From Candidatus Marinacidobacterales bacterium (GTDB lineage: Bacteria; Acidobacteriota; Vicinamibacteria; Marinacidobacterales; DATDRI01): a stretch of 64,000 nt of DNA. Position 1 is the stretch's first letter; every line of letters begins with the position of its first letter. The DNA lies in contig CBDCNP010000002.1 in NCBI GenBank assembly GCA_965219415.1, forward strand, positions 3,712,001-3,776,000. The letters are read 5' to 3'. Positions 20,584-30,804 of the stretch are shown here, one piece after another. A model generated the notes under the pieces. That model was not told the DNA's origin, made no database searches, and saw nothing but the letters and a program-made list of their open reading frames with translations. The position numbers were made by a program, and so were the translations under genes.

Positions 20584-22050
20584 ATGACGCCCAAGTACAG
20601 GTTTCAGTGGTATCAGCACATTTACGAGAGTACCCCCAAGATCCTCGAAGAAGCTAGACAAGCCGCCAAGGAGATCGGCCTGGAACCTTGGAGAGGGAAG
20701 CTCGGACTGTATGCGGGAAGCTCCTCTTGTCCTGGTCCGCTCCCTCCTTATGTTCTAGACGCCATTATCGAAGCGAACCGTGGCCCGATGCTCCCGCTCA
20801 GAAAAGCGGAGGACGAACTGCGAGAGATCGTCAAGGACGTCTACGGAGACGGATACGACGTCGGAGTGACGAACACCTGTGAAATGGCCCTGCGGGCGTC
20901 CTTCGAGACGCTCTTCGCCCCTCCTAACTTGAGAAAAGGCGAGGCGTACCGTGCCCGGTACATCGCGCCGTATGGCGAGGATTTCGACTTCATGGCCGGC
21001 TACGGAAGACCCTTCCCGCCGAGGTACAAGAATCTAATCATCGACCGGTGTGTCACAGCCGGAGAGCTGGGGGTGGAGGCCAAGAGCCTACCCAACCTCG
21101 ATTCGGTCTTTGTGCGACTCGAAGGCGCCAAGTATGAAGTCCACGGAATCCGGTTCAACCCCGTACCCCTTCTCACCACTACGGACGCGGTGATGTCCCA
21201 TAAGAAGATGGCCGAGACGGCGGCGAGACACGCGAGTCAGTTGGTGGGTTTCGAGAGCATCGGGTACGACACCCCCGGATTTGGTTACGGCGACAAGGAT
21301 GAGAACGGCATTCCCAAGCTCAAGAAGCTCATCGGAAAGCTTGCCAAGGATTTCGACGTTCCGTACGTGGTGGATGGCGCCAGCTGTTGTCCGGTCATCG
21401 GCCTAGGTCCAGCAGACTTCGGAGCCGACGTGATGGTGTGGAGCATGGACAAGGCCTGCCGCGCCCCTATCAGCGGTCTCATCATCGGGACCGAGGAAGT
21501 CATGGTCCCCATCCGCAAGGGACTGGGACTCGGCGGGGAGAAGACCGGTGGGGTTTCCTCTCACGGAAAAGCCGTCTTCTCGATGGCCGATCCAGGTAGA
21601 GACTCGGTGGTGGGCCTCATCGCCGTCTTGAAGATGCTGCGCGACAAACCGGAGAAGATCAAGAAGCCCATCGATCAAATGCATCGGATCATCTTGGAGG
21701 AATTCGACTCCTTCCAACCGAGCCGATTCAAGGAAAACTTCATCATCACCAAATCCTATACGATGGGTGGCACCGAACTGAATTACGAGCAAACCTGGAA
21801 GGACGACAAATTTGGCATACCCATTTCCAGCGTCGAGGATCTGTATGGGAACACGAACCCGATCGCGTCCGCTCAAGACGCGATGGGTATCTACGGGGCG
21901 ATGGTCTACAGCGGGAATATGTTCTTGGGCCCGGGAATGGGAACCTTGGACGAGAACGGAGATCTGATGGAAGAGCCCACCCGGCTCGCCGTCCGTGGAC
22001 TGGTGCGAGCTACCGAGATCGTCTGCAAGTATGCGGGACTCGGCGGGTAG
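20584..22050 (+). CDS. Uncharacterised fold-type I PLP-dependent protein, distantly SelA/UPF0425-like
   Basis: PYVVDGASC and GADVMVWSMDKACRAPISGLIIG resemble the Asp and SxDK PLP motifs of SelA-like proteins; GGAGG RBS. Confidence 0.6.
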   Translation: MTPKYRFQWYQHIYESTPKILEEARQAAKEIGLEPWRGKLGLYAGSSSCPGPLPPYVLDAIIEANRGPMLPLRKAEDELREIVKDVYGDGYDVGVTNTCEMALRASFETLFAPPNLRKGEAYRARYIAPYGEDFDFMAGYGRPFPPRYKNLIIDRCVTAGELGVEAKSLPNLDSVFVRLEGAKYEVHGIRFNPVPLLTTTDAVMSHKKMAETAARHASQLVGFESIGYDTPGFGYGDKDENGIPKLKKLIGKLAKDFDVPYVVDGASCCPVIGLGPADFGADVMVWSMDKACRAPISGLIIGTEEVMVPIRKGLGLGGEKTGGVSSHGKAVFSMADPGRDSVVGLIAVLKMLRDKPEKIKKPIDQMHRIILEEFDSFQPSRFKENFIITKSYTMGGTELNYEQTWKDDKFGIPISSVEDLYGNTNPIASAQDAMGIYGAMVYSGNMFLGPGMGTLDENGDLMEEPTRLAVRGLVRATEIVCKYAGLGG

Positions 22051-22065
22051 CTCTTACTCACCCAG

Positions 22066-23484
22066 GTGGTAGAGCAAAACACGGCTCCCGGGCTCGTCCG
22101 AAGTCTCGGTCTCCTCGACTCGACCTTCATCGTGATGGGGGTGACCATCGGCTCCGGGATCTTTCTCACCACCGGGGTCATGGCCCAGTTTCTCCCTTCG
22201 GCGCCGCTCCTGATGCTCGCCTGGGTCGTTGGGGGACTCATTGCCATGACCGGGGCCCTCACCTACGCCGAGCTCGGAGCGGCTATGCCGGAGGCGGGGG
22301 GGCAGTACATTTATCTCCGGGAGGCCTACGGCCCGCTGTCTGCATTTCTCTTCGGCTGGATCATCTTTCTGGTCTATCAGCCCGGGTCCATTGCGAGGCT
22401 GGCGACGGGATTCGCCGTCTACCTCGGCTATTTCGCTCCGAGCCTGGGTACCGAGAACATCATTGCATCGATGCAGCTTGCGGGCAGCACTCTTACGCTT
22501 TCCGCCGGGCAGATCGTAGCGGTGGCAGTGATTGTCTTTCTCACCGCGATGAACGTGATCGGGCTGCGCTCCGGTGCCATCATTCAGAACGTCTCCACCG
22601 TCCTCAAAGTGGCGGCTCTCGCTGCCTTGATTCTGTTCGGACTGTGGTTTGCCCGTGGCTCCGTTTCGGATTTCTCGATGGAGACCCACTCGGGGGAGGG
22701 AGTCTCGCTCTTGAGCGGTTTCGGCCTGGCTCTGATCGCTGTCATCTGGTCCTTCGACGGGTTCAGCAGTCTCAATTTCTCCGCCGGGGAGATCAAGAAT
22801 CCGGGCCGGACTCTGCCTCGGGCGCTGGTCTTGGGAACGGCGGGAGTGACCGTCCTTTATCTTCTCACCAACGCCGTCTACTTCCTGGCGCTACCGATCC
22901 CCGAAATGCAAGGGGTGCTGCGGGTGGCAGACAAGGCGGCTTCCACGCTTTTCGGTCCCACGGCGACTGCTTTCATTGCCGCGGCCGTCCTGGTATCGAC
23001 CTTTGGCTCCACCAACGGAACGATCTTGACCGGGGCCCGGGTCTACTACGCCATGGCCAAGGATCGGCTCTTCTTCAAATCCGTGGCCCGCGTGCATCCG
23101 CAGTACCGTACCCCGCACATTTCTCTTTGGCTCCAGTGCCTATGGGCCTGTGGGCTTGCCCTTTCGGGCACCTTCGAGCAGCTCATCACCTACACGATCT
23201 TCGCCGCGGTCCTCATGTATATGGCGGCCGCTGCCAGTGTCTTTACTTTGAGGCGCACGCAGCCCAATCTCCTCCGGCCCTACCGCGTCTGGGCGTACCC
23301 GTTCGTGCCCGGTTTCTTCCTCGTGTCTTTGGCCGGGGTAGCGATCAACAGCCTGATCGAGCGGCCCCTCGAATCCTTCTCCGGTCTGGGGATTCTCGCT
23401 TTGGGGGTTCCCGTTTACTTTTACTGGAGCCGTCGACACCGTTCAGCGAGAGCTTCAAGCGGACCGACCAATATCACAACATGA
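22066..23484 (+). CDS. APC family amino acid/polyamine permease (paralog 2)
   Basis: Colinear and highly similar to 144..1550 at protein and DNA level. Confidence 0.93.
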   Translation: MVEQNTAPGLVRSLGLLDSTFIVMGVTIGSGIFLTTGVMAQFLPSAPLLMLAWVVGGLIAMTGALTYAELGAAMPEAGGQYIYLREAYGPLSAFLFGWIIFLVYQPGSIARLATGFAVYLGYFAPSLGTENIIASMQLAGSTLTLSAGQIVAVAVIVFLTAMNVIGLRSGAIIQNVSTVLKVAALAALILFGLWFARGSVSDFSMETHSGEGVSLLSGFGLALIAVIWSFDGFSSLNFSAGEIKNPGRTLPRALVLGTAGVTVLYLLTNAVYFLALPIPEMQGVLRVADKAASTLFGPTATAFIAAAVLVSTFGSTNGTILTGARVYYAMAKDRLFFKSVARVHPQYRTPHISLWLQCLWACGLALSGTFEQLITYTIFAAVLMYMAAAASVFTLRRTQPNLLRPYRVWAYPFVPGFFLVSLAGVAINSLIERPLESFSGLGILALGVPVYFYWSRRHRSARASSGPTNITT

Positions 23485-23496
23485 AAGTGGCTAGTT

Positions 23497-23580
23497 AGTT
23501 CCTGTCCAGAAACACCATAACTTGTGGTGTGCGACAGGCCTACCGAAGATGTGGGTATTATACGTTTTCGGTAGGGAACT
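23497..23580 (+). repeat. Compact double-hairpin / three-way-junction palindromic element
   Basis: AGTTC/GAACT closing stem; CTGTC..ACACCA-N7-TGGTGT..GACAG; CCTACCGAAGATGT/ACGTTTTCGGTAGG. Confidence 0.5.
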
Positions 23581-23669
23581 TCGTAGGGTTGAGAGCGAAT
23601 GAAAATCTTGGACGAAACGAGAGGCGAATCGTCAGGAATCCAAGGCTATGGGAGCGGAAGAGTAATAGT

Positions 23670-24496
23670 TATCGTCGGGTTCGAACGGGAGCTCTCGAGC
23701 GACCTCGCCCTCTCGGTGAACTACGCTTACAAGCGGGGACGAGACTATGCTGCATGGAACGACATCCGTGGGGTGTACGAGGAAGCGACCTACATCGACG
23801 ACCAGGGGGCGGACGCTACCGGCGCCACGATACCCGTCCTAAATTTGCTGTCCGGCCCCGGGGATAGGTTCTTCGAAATTACCAACGACGAAAGAATGAA
23901 CACCAGGATCCACGCCTTCACGGTGCAATTTATCAAGAGGATGTCCGACAACTGGCAGACCAACACATCATTCTCCTACACGGATACCTTTGGGATCCTA
24001 CCCTCTGGCAGGGGAAGCACCACCGGAGGCCAGTCTACGGCGTTGGTCTTTTCCTCCTTCGGCCAGAATCCTAACGACTTCGTCAACATGGAAGGCCAGC
24101 TGAACGGCCAACGACCCTGGATGTTCAAGTCGCAGTTCCTCTACCAATTCCCGCAAGATTTCCTCTTGGCCTTGAACTACACCCTTCAGGCCGGCAAGGC
24201 GTATGCGCGCCGGGTCCGGGTCCCTGAGACGGGGTTGTCCACCGAAATCAATGCCGAGACGAGAGACGGGAGCCGTCAAGTGGGACGACTGGAACCTGCT
24301 CGATGTCAGGTTGCAGAAACTCTTCGCTATTGGCCCGCAGGCCAGAGTTGGAGTGTTCTTCGACTTCCTGAACCTCTTCAATGCAGGCACCAACGAGAGC
24401 GTCGAGAGTCGCCTCGGAACGTCGTCCGGCTTCGGAGTCCGCAGCGTTTTCCTTCCCCCGCGACGTCTACAGCTCGGCGTGAAGTTCCAGTTCTAA
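23670..24496 (+). pseudogene. 3' fragment of an Oar-type TonB-dependent receptor, with a frameshift near 24275
   Basis: Beta-barrel strands and the terminal PPRRLQLGVKFQF*; plug domain and N-terminal portion absent. Confidence 0.8.
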
Positions 24497-24519
24497 CTTA
24501 ACCGATCGCGAAATCCCTC

Positions 24520-24549
24520 GCCCCGGGGCTTGGCCCCGGGGCTTTTTTT
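24520..24549 (+). terminator. Rho-independent terminator
   Basis: GCCCCGGGGC-TTG-GCCCCGGGGC followed by T7. Confidence 0.85.
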
Positions 24550-24582
24550 CCTAACTGGAGCAGAGTAAAGACCGATCGGGAT

Positions 24583-25764
24583 TCAGGTTTGAAGCGCCTG
24601 TTCCAAATCGGCGATGAGATCTTCGGTGTCTTCGATCCCCACCGAGTAACGGACGAGCCCCTCGGGAATTCCCAAAGATTCGCGCTCTTGGGGGGTGAGC
24701 TCGACGTGACTCGTCGTCGCGGGAGGACCGGCGATGGTCTCGACCGCTCCGAGGTTCGCGGCAAGGTGTGCGTAGCGGAGCCGCGGTAGGAATTCCCGAA
24801 CCCGTTCGAAGCCTCCCTTCAACTTGAAGCTGAGGATGCCGCCGAATCCCGTCATTTGTCGGCGGGCGATCTCATGGTGCGGATCGGACTCGAGCCCCGG
24901 ATAGTAGACTCGCTCGATAGCGGAATGTCCTTCTAGGAAGCGGGCAATCTCGAGCGCGCTGGCGTTTTGCTGGCGGATGCGGAGATGCAGTGTCTTCACC
25001 CCGCGGAGCAGGAGGTAAGCCGCCATGGGATGAAGCGAGGGTCCGGTGATCTCGCGGTAGTGCGATATCTTCCGTATGAGATCGCGCCTTCCACAGACCA
25101 CCCCTCCCAAAGCGTCCGCATGTCCGCCAAGAAATTTCGTTGCGCTGTGGACAACCAAGTCGGCCCCCAACTCGAGAGGCCTCTGGTTCATCGGTGTCGC
25201 AAAGGTATTGTCGACAACAACGAGAGCTCCTGTTTCGTGCGCCGCTCTCGAAAAATGGGCGATGTCGACCAATTTCATCGTCGGGTTGGTCGGAGTCTCG
25301 AGGTATAGGATCCGGCACCCGCGAGCGATAGCGGCTTCGATCGCTTCGGGATCTGTCGTCTCGCAAAGCGTCGCTTCCATTTTGACGCGCGGAAAAAACT
25401 CGAGGAATAGCTTGCTCGTCCCTCCGTAGGTGTCCTTCGTGGAAACGACACGGTCTCCCGAAGAAAGTAGCCCGTAGAAGGTGCTGGTGATGGCCGCCAT
25501 ACCAGTGGAAAAGCTGGTCGCCGCGTCGGCACCTTCGAGCGCGCGCACTTTTTCTTCGAAAGCTTGGACGGTGGGATTCGACTGCCGGCCATAGATGTGA
25601 CCCGGCTCCTCGGACTTGGCGACTTTCAACCATTCGTCGAGATCCGGATACCCGAACGAAACGCTATGGACAACGGGGACTTGGGTGGCGCGTTGCCAGT
25701 CTCCCTCCTCTCCAGCCCAAACCGAGAGGGTGCCTATCTTGGGTTTTTTCTCCATGCGATCCAT
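24583..25764 (-). CDS. Cys/Met metabolism PLP enzyme (cystathionine gamma-synthase/lyase or methionine gamma-lyase family)
   Basis: YGRQSNPT, STGMAAI, ETPTNP, DNTFATP, HSATKFLGGH, NLG, RYSVGIE. Confidence 0.92.
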   Translation of the reverse strand: MDRMEKKPKIGTLSVWAGEEGDWQRATQVPVVHSVSFGYPDLDEWLKVAKSEEPGHIYGRQSNPTVQAFEEKVRALEGADAATSFSTGMAAITSTFYGLLSSGDRVVSTKDTYGGTSKLFLEFFPRVKMEATLCETTDPEAIEAAIARGCRILYLETPTNPTMKLVDIAHFSRAAHETGALVVVDNTFATPMNQRPLELGADLVVHSATKFLGGHADALGGVVCGRRDLIRKISHYREITGPSLHPMAAYLLLRGVKTLHLRIRQQNASALEIARFLEGHSAIERVYYPGLESDPHHEIARRQMTGFGGILSFKLKGGFERVREFLPRLRYAHLAANLGAVETIAGPPATTSHVELTPQERESLGIPEGLVRYSVGIEDTEDLIADLEQALQT

Positions 25765-25766
25765 TT

Positions 25767-28700
25767 CTACCTCTTTTTATCCCAGTAGTCTGTCGGGCGA
25801 TCGTCCGACAAATAGATTCGCGGGTTCAACCATGGATAGTCTCCAAAAGTCTTGGCCTGTGGCCAGATTTCGTCCAGGGTTTCCCCGTCATACAAGACGC
25901 CACCCTTCATCACCATATCGATATCCGCGGTGGCGCGAATGTCGGCAAGCGGATCGGAGTCTAGCACTAGCACGATGAGGTCGGCGAGTTTTCCGGCCTC
26001 GATGGAGCCCAGAGCCTGATCGACTCCAAGAAAGTATGCGCCGTCTCGGCTTGCCAATTCGAGCGCTCCCATCGGGCCGAGTGCGGACGCCGCCATCCAG
26101 ATCTCCCAGTGGGACGCGATGCCATGTTGTTGGCCATGAGAACCGATGGCTCCGTGACCGCCCTCGGCGATGATGTCGGCCAACCCTTGGGCCAATAGTG
26201 GGAAACTATAGTCGGTCACCGGGCGGAGCACTCGCTGACGCGTGTGAGGGACGAGCTGCCTCCACGGCACAAAGCGACGGAGCTTCTCGTCCTTCCATAC
26301 GTCACGCTCTTGATAAAAGTACTCCTCGTTCCAAGGACCAGGGCCGCCAACGACAAACGTCGGCGAGTAAACCGCCTTGGCCTTGCCGAAAAATTGCGCG
26401 ACGTCGCCATAGATCGGGACCGGGATCAACGGATGCCGTCCTGGTAGGTTTTGATCTCGTTGGATCGGGACCAGTCACTGCGGAAGAGCGGATCTCCGGT
26501 GCTGAACGTCCGTGGGCCGACGACCAACCCCGCCTCGATCAGGTCCGCGATGGGGAACGTGTTCTGAGACCACGCCGAGTTCTCGAGCGTGGTGGTGACC
26601 CCGTAGGCAAGGTAGGAGGCGACCTCATAGTCCTTCATCGGTAGGAAGCCGCGTGGCTCCGAGTGACGGTGCGCATGCATGTCAACGAAACCCGGAATGA
26701 TGAACTTTCCTCTGGCGTCCACGAGGCGATCCGCGATCGACGTATCGCAATCTCCAGCACAACGGATGCGTGTTCCCTCGACGACGACGTCGCCTTCCGC
26801 GATCACCTCGCCTTCATCGAGGGTGATGATGCGAGCATCTGTAAAAGCGAGAGTTCCATTCGGTTGGTAGCGGGGCACCTCGAGGTCGAGCGTCACCGAG
26901 CTCTTTTCCTTTGAATCGATGGCGTAGGTAACGTATTGATCGGCGCTTCCGAACTCGATGGACTTCTCGTTCCGCCAGCGCGGAAAGAGCCCGCCCGTCT
27001 CGCTCAGAATGGTCACCGGCCAAGCGGGGTCTCTTCTGTTCAAGAGTGGTACCTCGGCGCCGACTCCGTTCCAGGCAAACGGCGCGAGATAGAGATTGTC
27101 TCCCTCCTGGAAGGCGATGTGCTTTCCGTCAGGGGAAGGCGCCATCTCGTCGGTAAAGGGAAATCTCAGGTGGACCCGACGATCGGTTCCATCCTCCCGG
27201 ATCGAGACGAGATCGCTTCTAAGACGCTCGTCCTCATCCGAGCCCTGTTTCACTTTTTCGGTGAAGAACACCCGACCTTCCGGTCCAAAGAGTGGCCGCA
27301 CGATCGGTGAACGCTCTAGCGACCAAAACTCCCAAGGCGGGCTACGTACTTCGGCGAGATGCACAACGCTACCACCCGAAGCGTTGATTCTTACGAGCTC
27401 GTACCATGGGTTGTCGAGTATCGCGCGCTCGCGGGCGCTCGCTCCTGCCCCACGTACCATGACGATGAACTGGCTGTCCGGGCTCCAAACCGGATTGAAG
27501 TACTCCCCGGAGGTGGGAGTCAGTCTCTCGAGACCCCCTCCCGTCGCAGCGACTCTCCACAGGTTTCCTCTCTGTGCTTCATCAAATGTCGTGAAGGCGA
27601 GCCATCGACCGTCCGGCGACCAGGCCGGTGAGTACTCGAAGGGAGCGAAGTCATGTGCAGTGAGCCGGCGCGGCGCTCCCCCGGAAACATCTTGAAGCCA
27701 GAGCTTCCCCACTGCTTGGAAAACGACGCGTCCGCCATCCGGAGAAGCGGTTGGCCAGCGCGGGAAACGAACCTTCAAGGGTTCGTCGGTCAGCCGCCAA
27801 GAAGCGTAAGCCTGCTCCGAGATCGTCCGTTTCACGCGCGCCGTGAACGGAATGGTTTCCACGCTACCCGTCGCGACAACGACCCGCCGCAGTTTGCCCC
27901 CTTGAGAGAGAAAGATCGAAGTGCCGTCGGGACTCCACGCATAGCCGGGCAGGATCCTCAACGTGGGATCGCCGTCGGTCAGGTCCCGCTCCATCGGATC
28001 CATGAGAACCCGTTCCGAGCCCGTCTCGAGGTCGCGTAGCCAAAGCGCGGTCCGAGGTCCGAACCGATGTCCCTTGTAAGAGATTGTCCCGTCGGGGACA
28101 CGACGTCCGAATGCAATCGTCTCACCGTCCGGCGAAATCTCCGGCGCGTAGGCGCCACCGCTCGAGCTTCGCACCTGCTGCGCCGATGCCCCTGCGGTTA
28201 GCTCCCGCACTTGGCCGGTGCGGAAATCCCACCGTCGAACTTGCCAGAAGCCGGCCAAGGGATCCCCGTGTCCTCCCGGCTTGTCGCCGCCGGTGAAGAC
28301 GTGGAAATAGAGGTGCCTGCCGTTAGGCGAGACCGATGGCCACCTCGCACCTGGTTGTTTCTTATCGATGAGCTTCACGCCCTGTCCGCCCTCCCGGTGA
28401 TACATCCAGACTTCGTTTTTGGAGGGTCGGAACTGCTGAGAAAGCTCGCGGCGGCGGACAACGATGTACTCCCCGTCCGGCGTCCAAGCCGGCTGGGAGA
28501 TCCGAACTTTGTCATCGACCACTACGGCGCGCGGGTTGGACCCATCGGCCTCCATGATCCAGAGGTTTTGCTGCCCTTGGCGGTCGGAAACGAAAGCAAT
28601 CCAACGTCCGTCGGGAGAAAAACGAGGATGGTAATTGACCGCGATGCCACTCCCTTGGGTGAGACATTGGGCTTCGCCTCCCGCAATGGGGACACGATAA

Positions 28701-28897
28701 ATGTGAGCGAGAAGATCGAACACCAACCAGCGTCCATCGCGAGACACGTCCACCGACATCCACGTTCCTTCGCTGGTTACAAAATCGATCTCCCTCGTTT
28801 CCCCGCGAGGCTGGGTGACATCCCACGATTCATCTTCGGGCGATTTGGGACCGAAGCCGAGCAGGAGCAGCGCCAAGCCGAAAGCTATTCTGGACAT
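25767..28897 (-). pseudogene. TolB/PD40-propeller + amidohydrolase fusion, broken near 26430
   Basis: ORF 26426..28897 has a signal peptide, SPDG repeats and PGFVDMHAH. ORF 25767..26429 has GSHGQ and GKLADL. The junction changes frame and seems to lack a central segment. Confidence 0.75.
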
Positions 28898-28940
28898 GAG
28901 CGTTTTCTGCCTCCTTGTTCGAACGTTAACGACGCCTGAG

Positions 28941-30677
28941 CTATCGGAAGGGAAACCTCGCGACGACTCCTAATCCCTCGACTACCAGGGCCAACTCACC
29001 CGCGCGCAGGGGGCCAAGAGTCTCCTCGCCGGCGCCCGGCCAATGGATACGCACACTCGGAAGCTCGGTCTTGGGACCCAGACCAAGATGAACTACCAGT
29101 TCGTTCTGGGATGCATAGCTCGAGCCAGCGCGGATTTCGGTGACCATGAGTTCTTCACGTTCCCGATCGACGACCAAACGAGCCCCGACTGCGTCGCGGT
29201 TCGACCGACGTCCGATGAGCAGAAGGCGAACTGCATTGCCGGTCGAGGTCTCGTTCATCAGCAAGTCGGGCCGGTCATTCGAATTGGTAAAAAGCAGATC
29301 CAGATCACCGTCTCCTTCAATGTCCGCTACCACCAACCCTCGACCGACCTTCACCAACTCGAATCCCGGGCCGGCTTTTAGGATCTCATCGAAGCGACCA
29401 TCGCCTCGATTCCAAAAGAGTTGATTCCTCTGAGGGTAAGCCGAACCCTCGGTTAATTCGGCGGTGTTGTCCAGAACGTGTCCGTTTGCCACGGCGATGT
29501 CGACGAACCCATCATTGTCCAAGTCGGCAAAGGCGGCGCCGAACCCGAGTGCGCGAATCGAGGGCCGACCGATTCCTGCGTAGGAAGATACATCGGTGAA
29601 GAAGCCGCCCTCGTCGTTCCGGTAAAGGGTGTTGAGCTCACCTTGGAAGTTAGTGACGAAAAGATCGAGATCTCCGTCTCGATCGTAGTCAGCGGTATCG
29701 ACGCCCATACCCGCGAGAGCGCGGCCATCTCCGTCGTAGGCCGCCCCGGATAGTAAAGCCTCTTCGGTGAAGTAGAGATCCCCTTGGTTTCGATAGAGAA
29801 AATTGGGGACGGTATCGTTGGCTACGTAAAGATCGCGCCGGCCATCCCCGTCGTAGTCGAACGCCAGGACACCGAGACCTTTGCCTGTCGGTGTTGCGAT
29901 ACCCGCCTGCAGACTTAGGTCTTCGAACGTTCCGTCGCCCCGATTGCGGTACAAGGCGTCGGTCAGCCCGCGGAAGGCGTCGGGGAGGCAGTAAGAGCGG
30001 AGAACCTTCCCCCCTTTTCGCTGCGAACAATTGGGATTGTTGTCGAAGCCAAAATCCAGGTAGTTCGATACATAGAGGTCCAGGTTGCCGTCGCCATCGA
30101 GATCGGACCAACTCGCCCCCACGCTCCAAAGGGGGTTGACGACTCCGGCCCGCTCTGCCACCTCGCCGAAACTCCCGTCTCCGTTGTTGCGGAAGAGTCG
30201 GTTGGGCCCAAACTCGGTAACGTAGAGATCGAGGTCGCCGTCGTTGTCGTAATCACTCGCCGCGGCGCCCATACCGTAGCCCTCAAAGGTCAGCCCGGAA
30301 AAAGCGGTGACGTCAGAAAAATGTCCTTTACCGTCGTTCCTGTAAAGGGCGCCGTTTATCGGTTCTTGAGGTCCGAATCCAGGAAGCACACCGCCGTTCA
30401 CCAAGTAGAGGTCGGAGTCGAGATCTCCGTCGTAGTCGAAAAACACCGCGCCGGCGCCCATCGTCTCGACCATGTACTTCTCCCCGGAGGCACCGGTGAC
30501 GTGGGTGAAATCAATCCCGGAAGTCACGGTGGTGTCGACGAACCTGAACGCCGCATTTTCTTGCCGAGGGACCGATGATGATAAGGAGACGGCAATGGTG
30601 AATATTGGCAGGCGAGAAAGAAGCCTCACCCGCGCATTATAGTCGCAGTACGGTACGGTGGCCGACGGGTAACCCAC
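28941..30677 (-). CDS. CRTAC1 / ASPIC-UnbV FG-GAP repeat protein; start likely near 30630
   Basis: Repeated DYDxDGDLDL..N..N.LYRN.G; C-terminal GSSYASQ..HLGLG ASPIC motif. Confidence 0.9.
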   Translation of the reverse strand: MGYPSATVPYCDYNARVRLLSRLPIFTIAVSLSSSVPRQENAAFRFVDTTVTSGIDFTHVTGASGEKYMVETMGAGAVFFDYDGDLDSDLYLVNGGVLPGFGPQEPINGALYRNDGKGHFSDVTAFSGLTFEGYGMGAAASDYDNDGDLDLYVTEFGPNRLFRNNGDGSFGEVAERAGVVNPLWSVGASWSDLDGDGNLDLYVSNYLDFGFDNNPNCSQRKGGKVLRSYCLPDAFRGLTDALYRNRGDGTFEDLSLQAGIATPTGKGLGVLAFDYDGDGRRDLYVANDTVPNFLYRNQGDLYFTEEALLSGAAYDGDGRALAGMGVDTADYDRDGDLDLFVTNFQGELNTLYRNDEGGFFTDVSSYAGIGRPSIRALGFGAAFADLDNDGFVDIAVANGHVLDNTAELTEGSAYPQRNQLFWNRGDGRFDEILKAGPGFELVKVGRGLVVADIEGDGDLDLLFTNSNDRPDLLMNETSTGNAVRLLLIGRRSNRDAVGARLVVDREREELMVTEIRAGSSYASQNELVVHLGLGPKTELPSVRIHWPGAGEETLGPLRAGELALVVEGLGVVARFPFR

Positions 30678-30804
30678 GTCCTATAATACCGGCGATTCGT
30701 AACTATCGACACACACTCGGGTGTTAGGCGTTTGCAAAACCGACTCTTCGGTACCATCATGCGGGCCGTCGCGAGCGGAGTTCACGAAAGCAAGGAGAGG
30801 AGAG

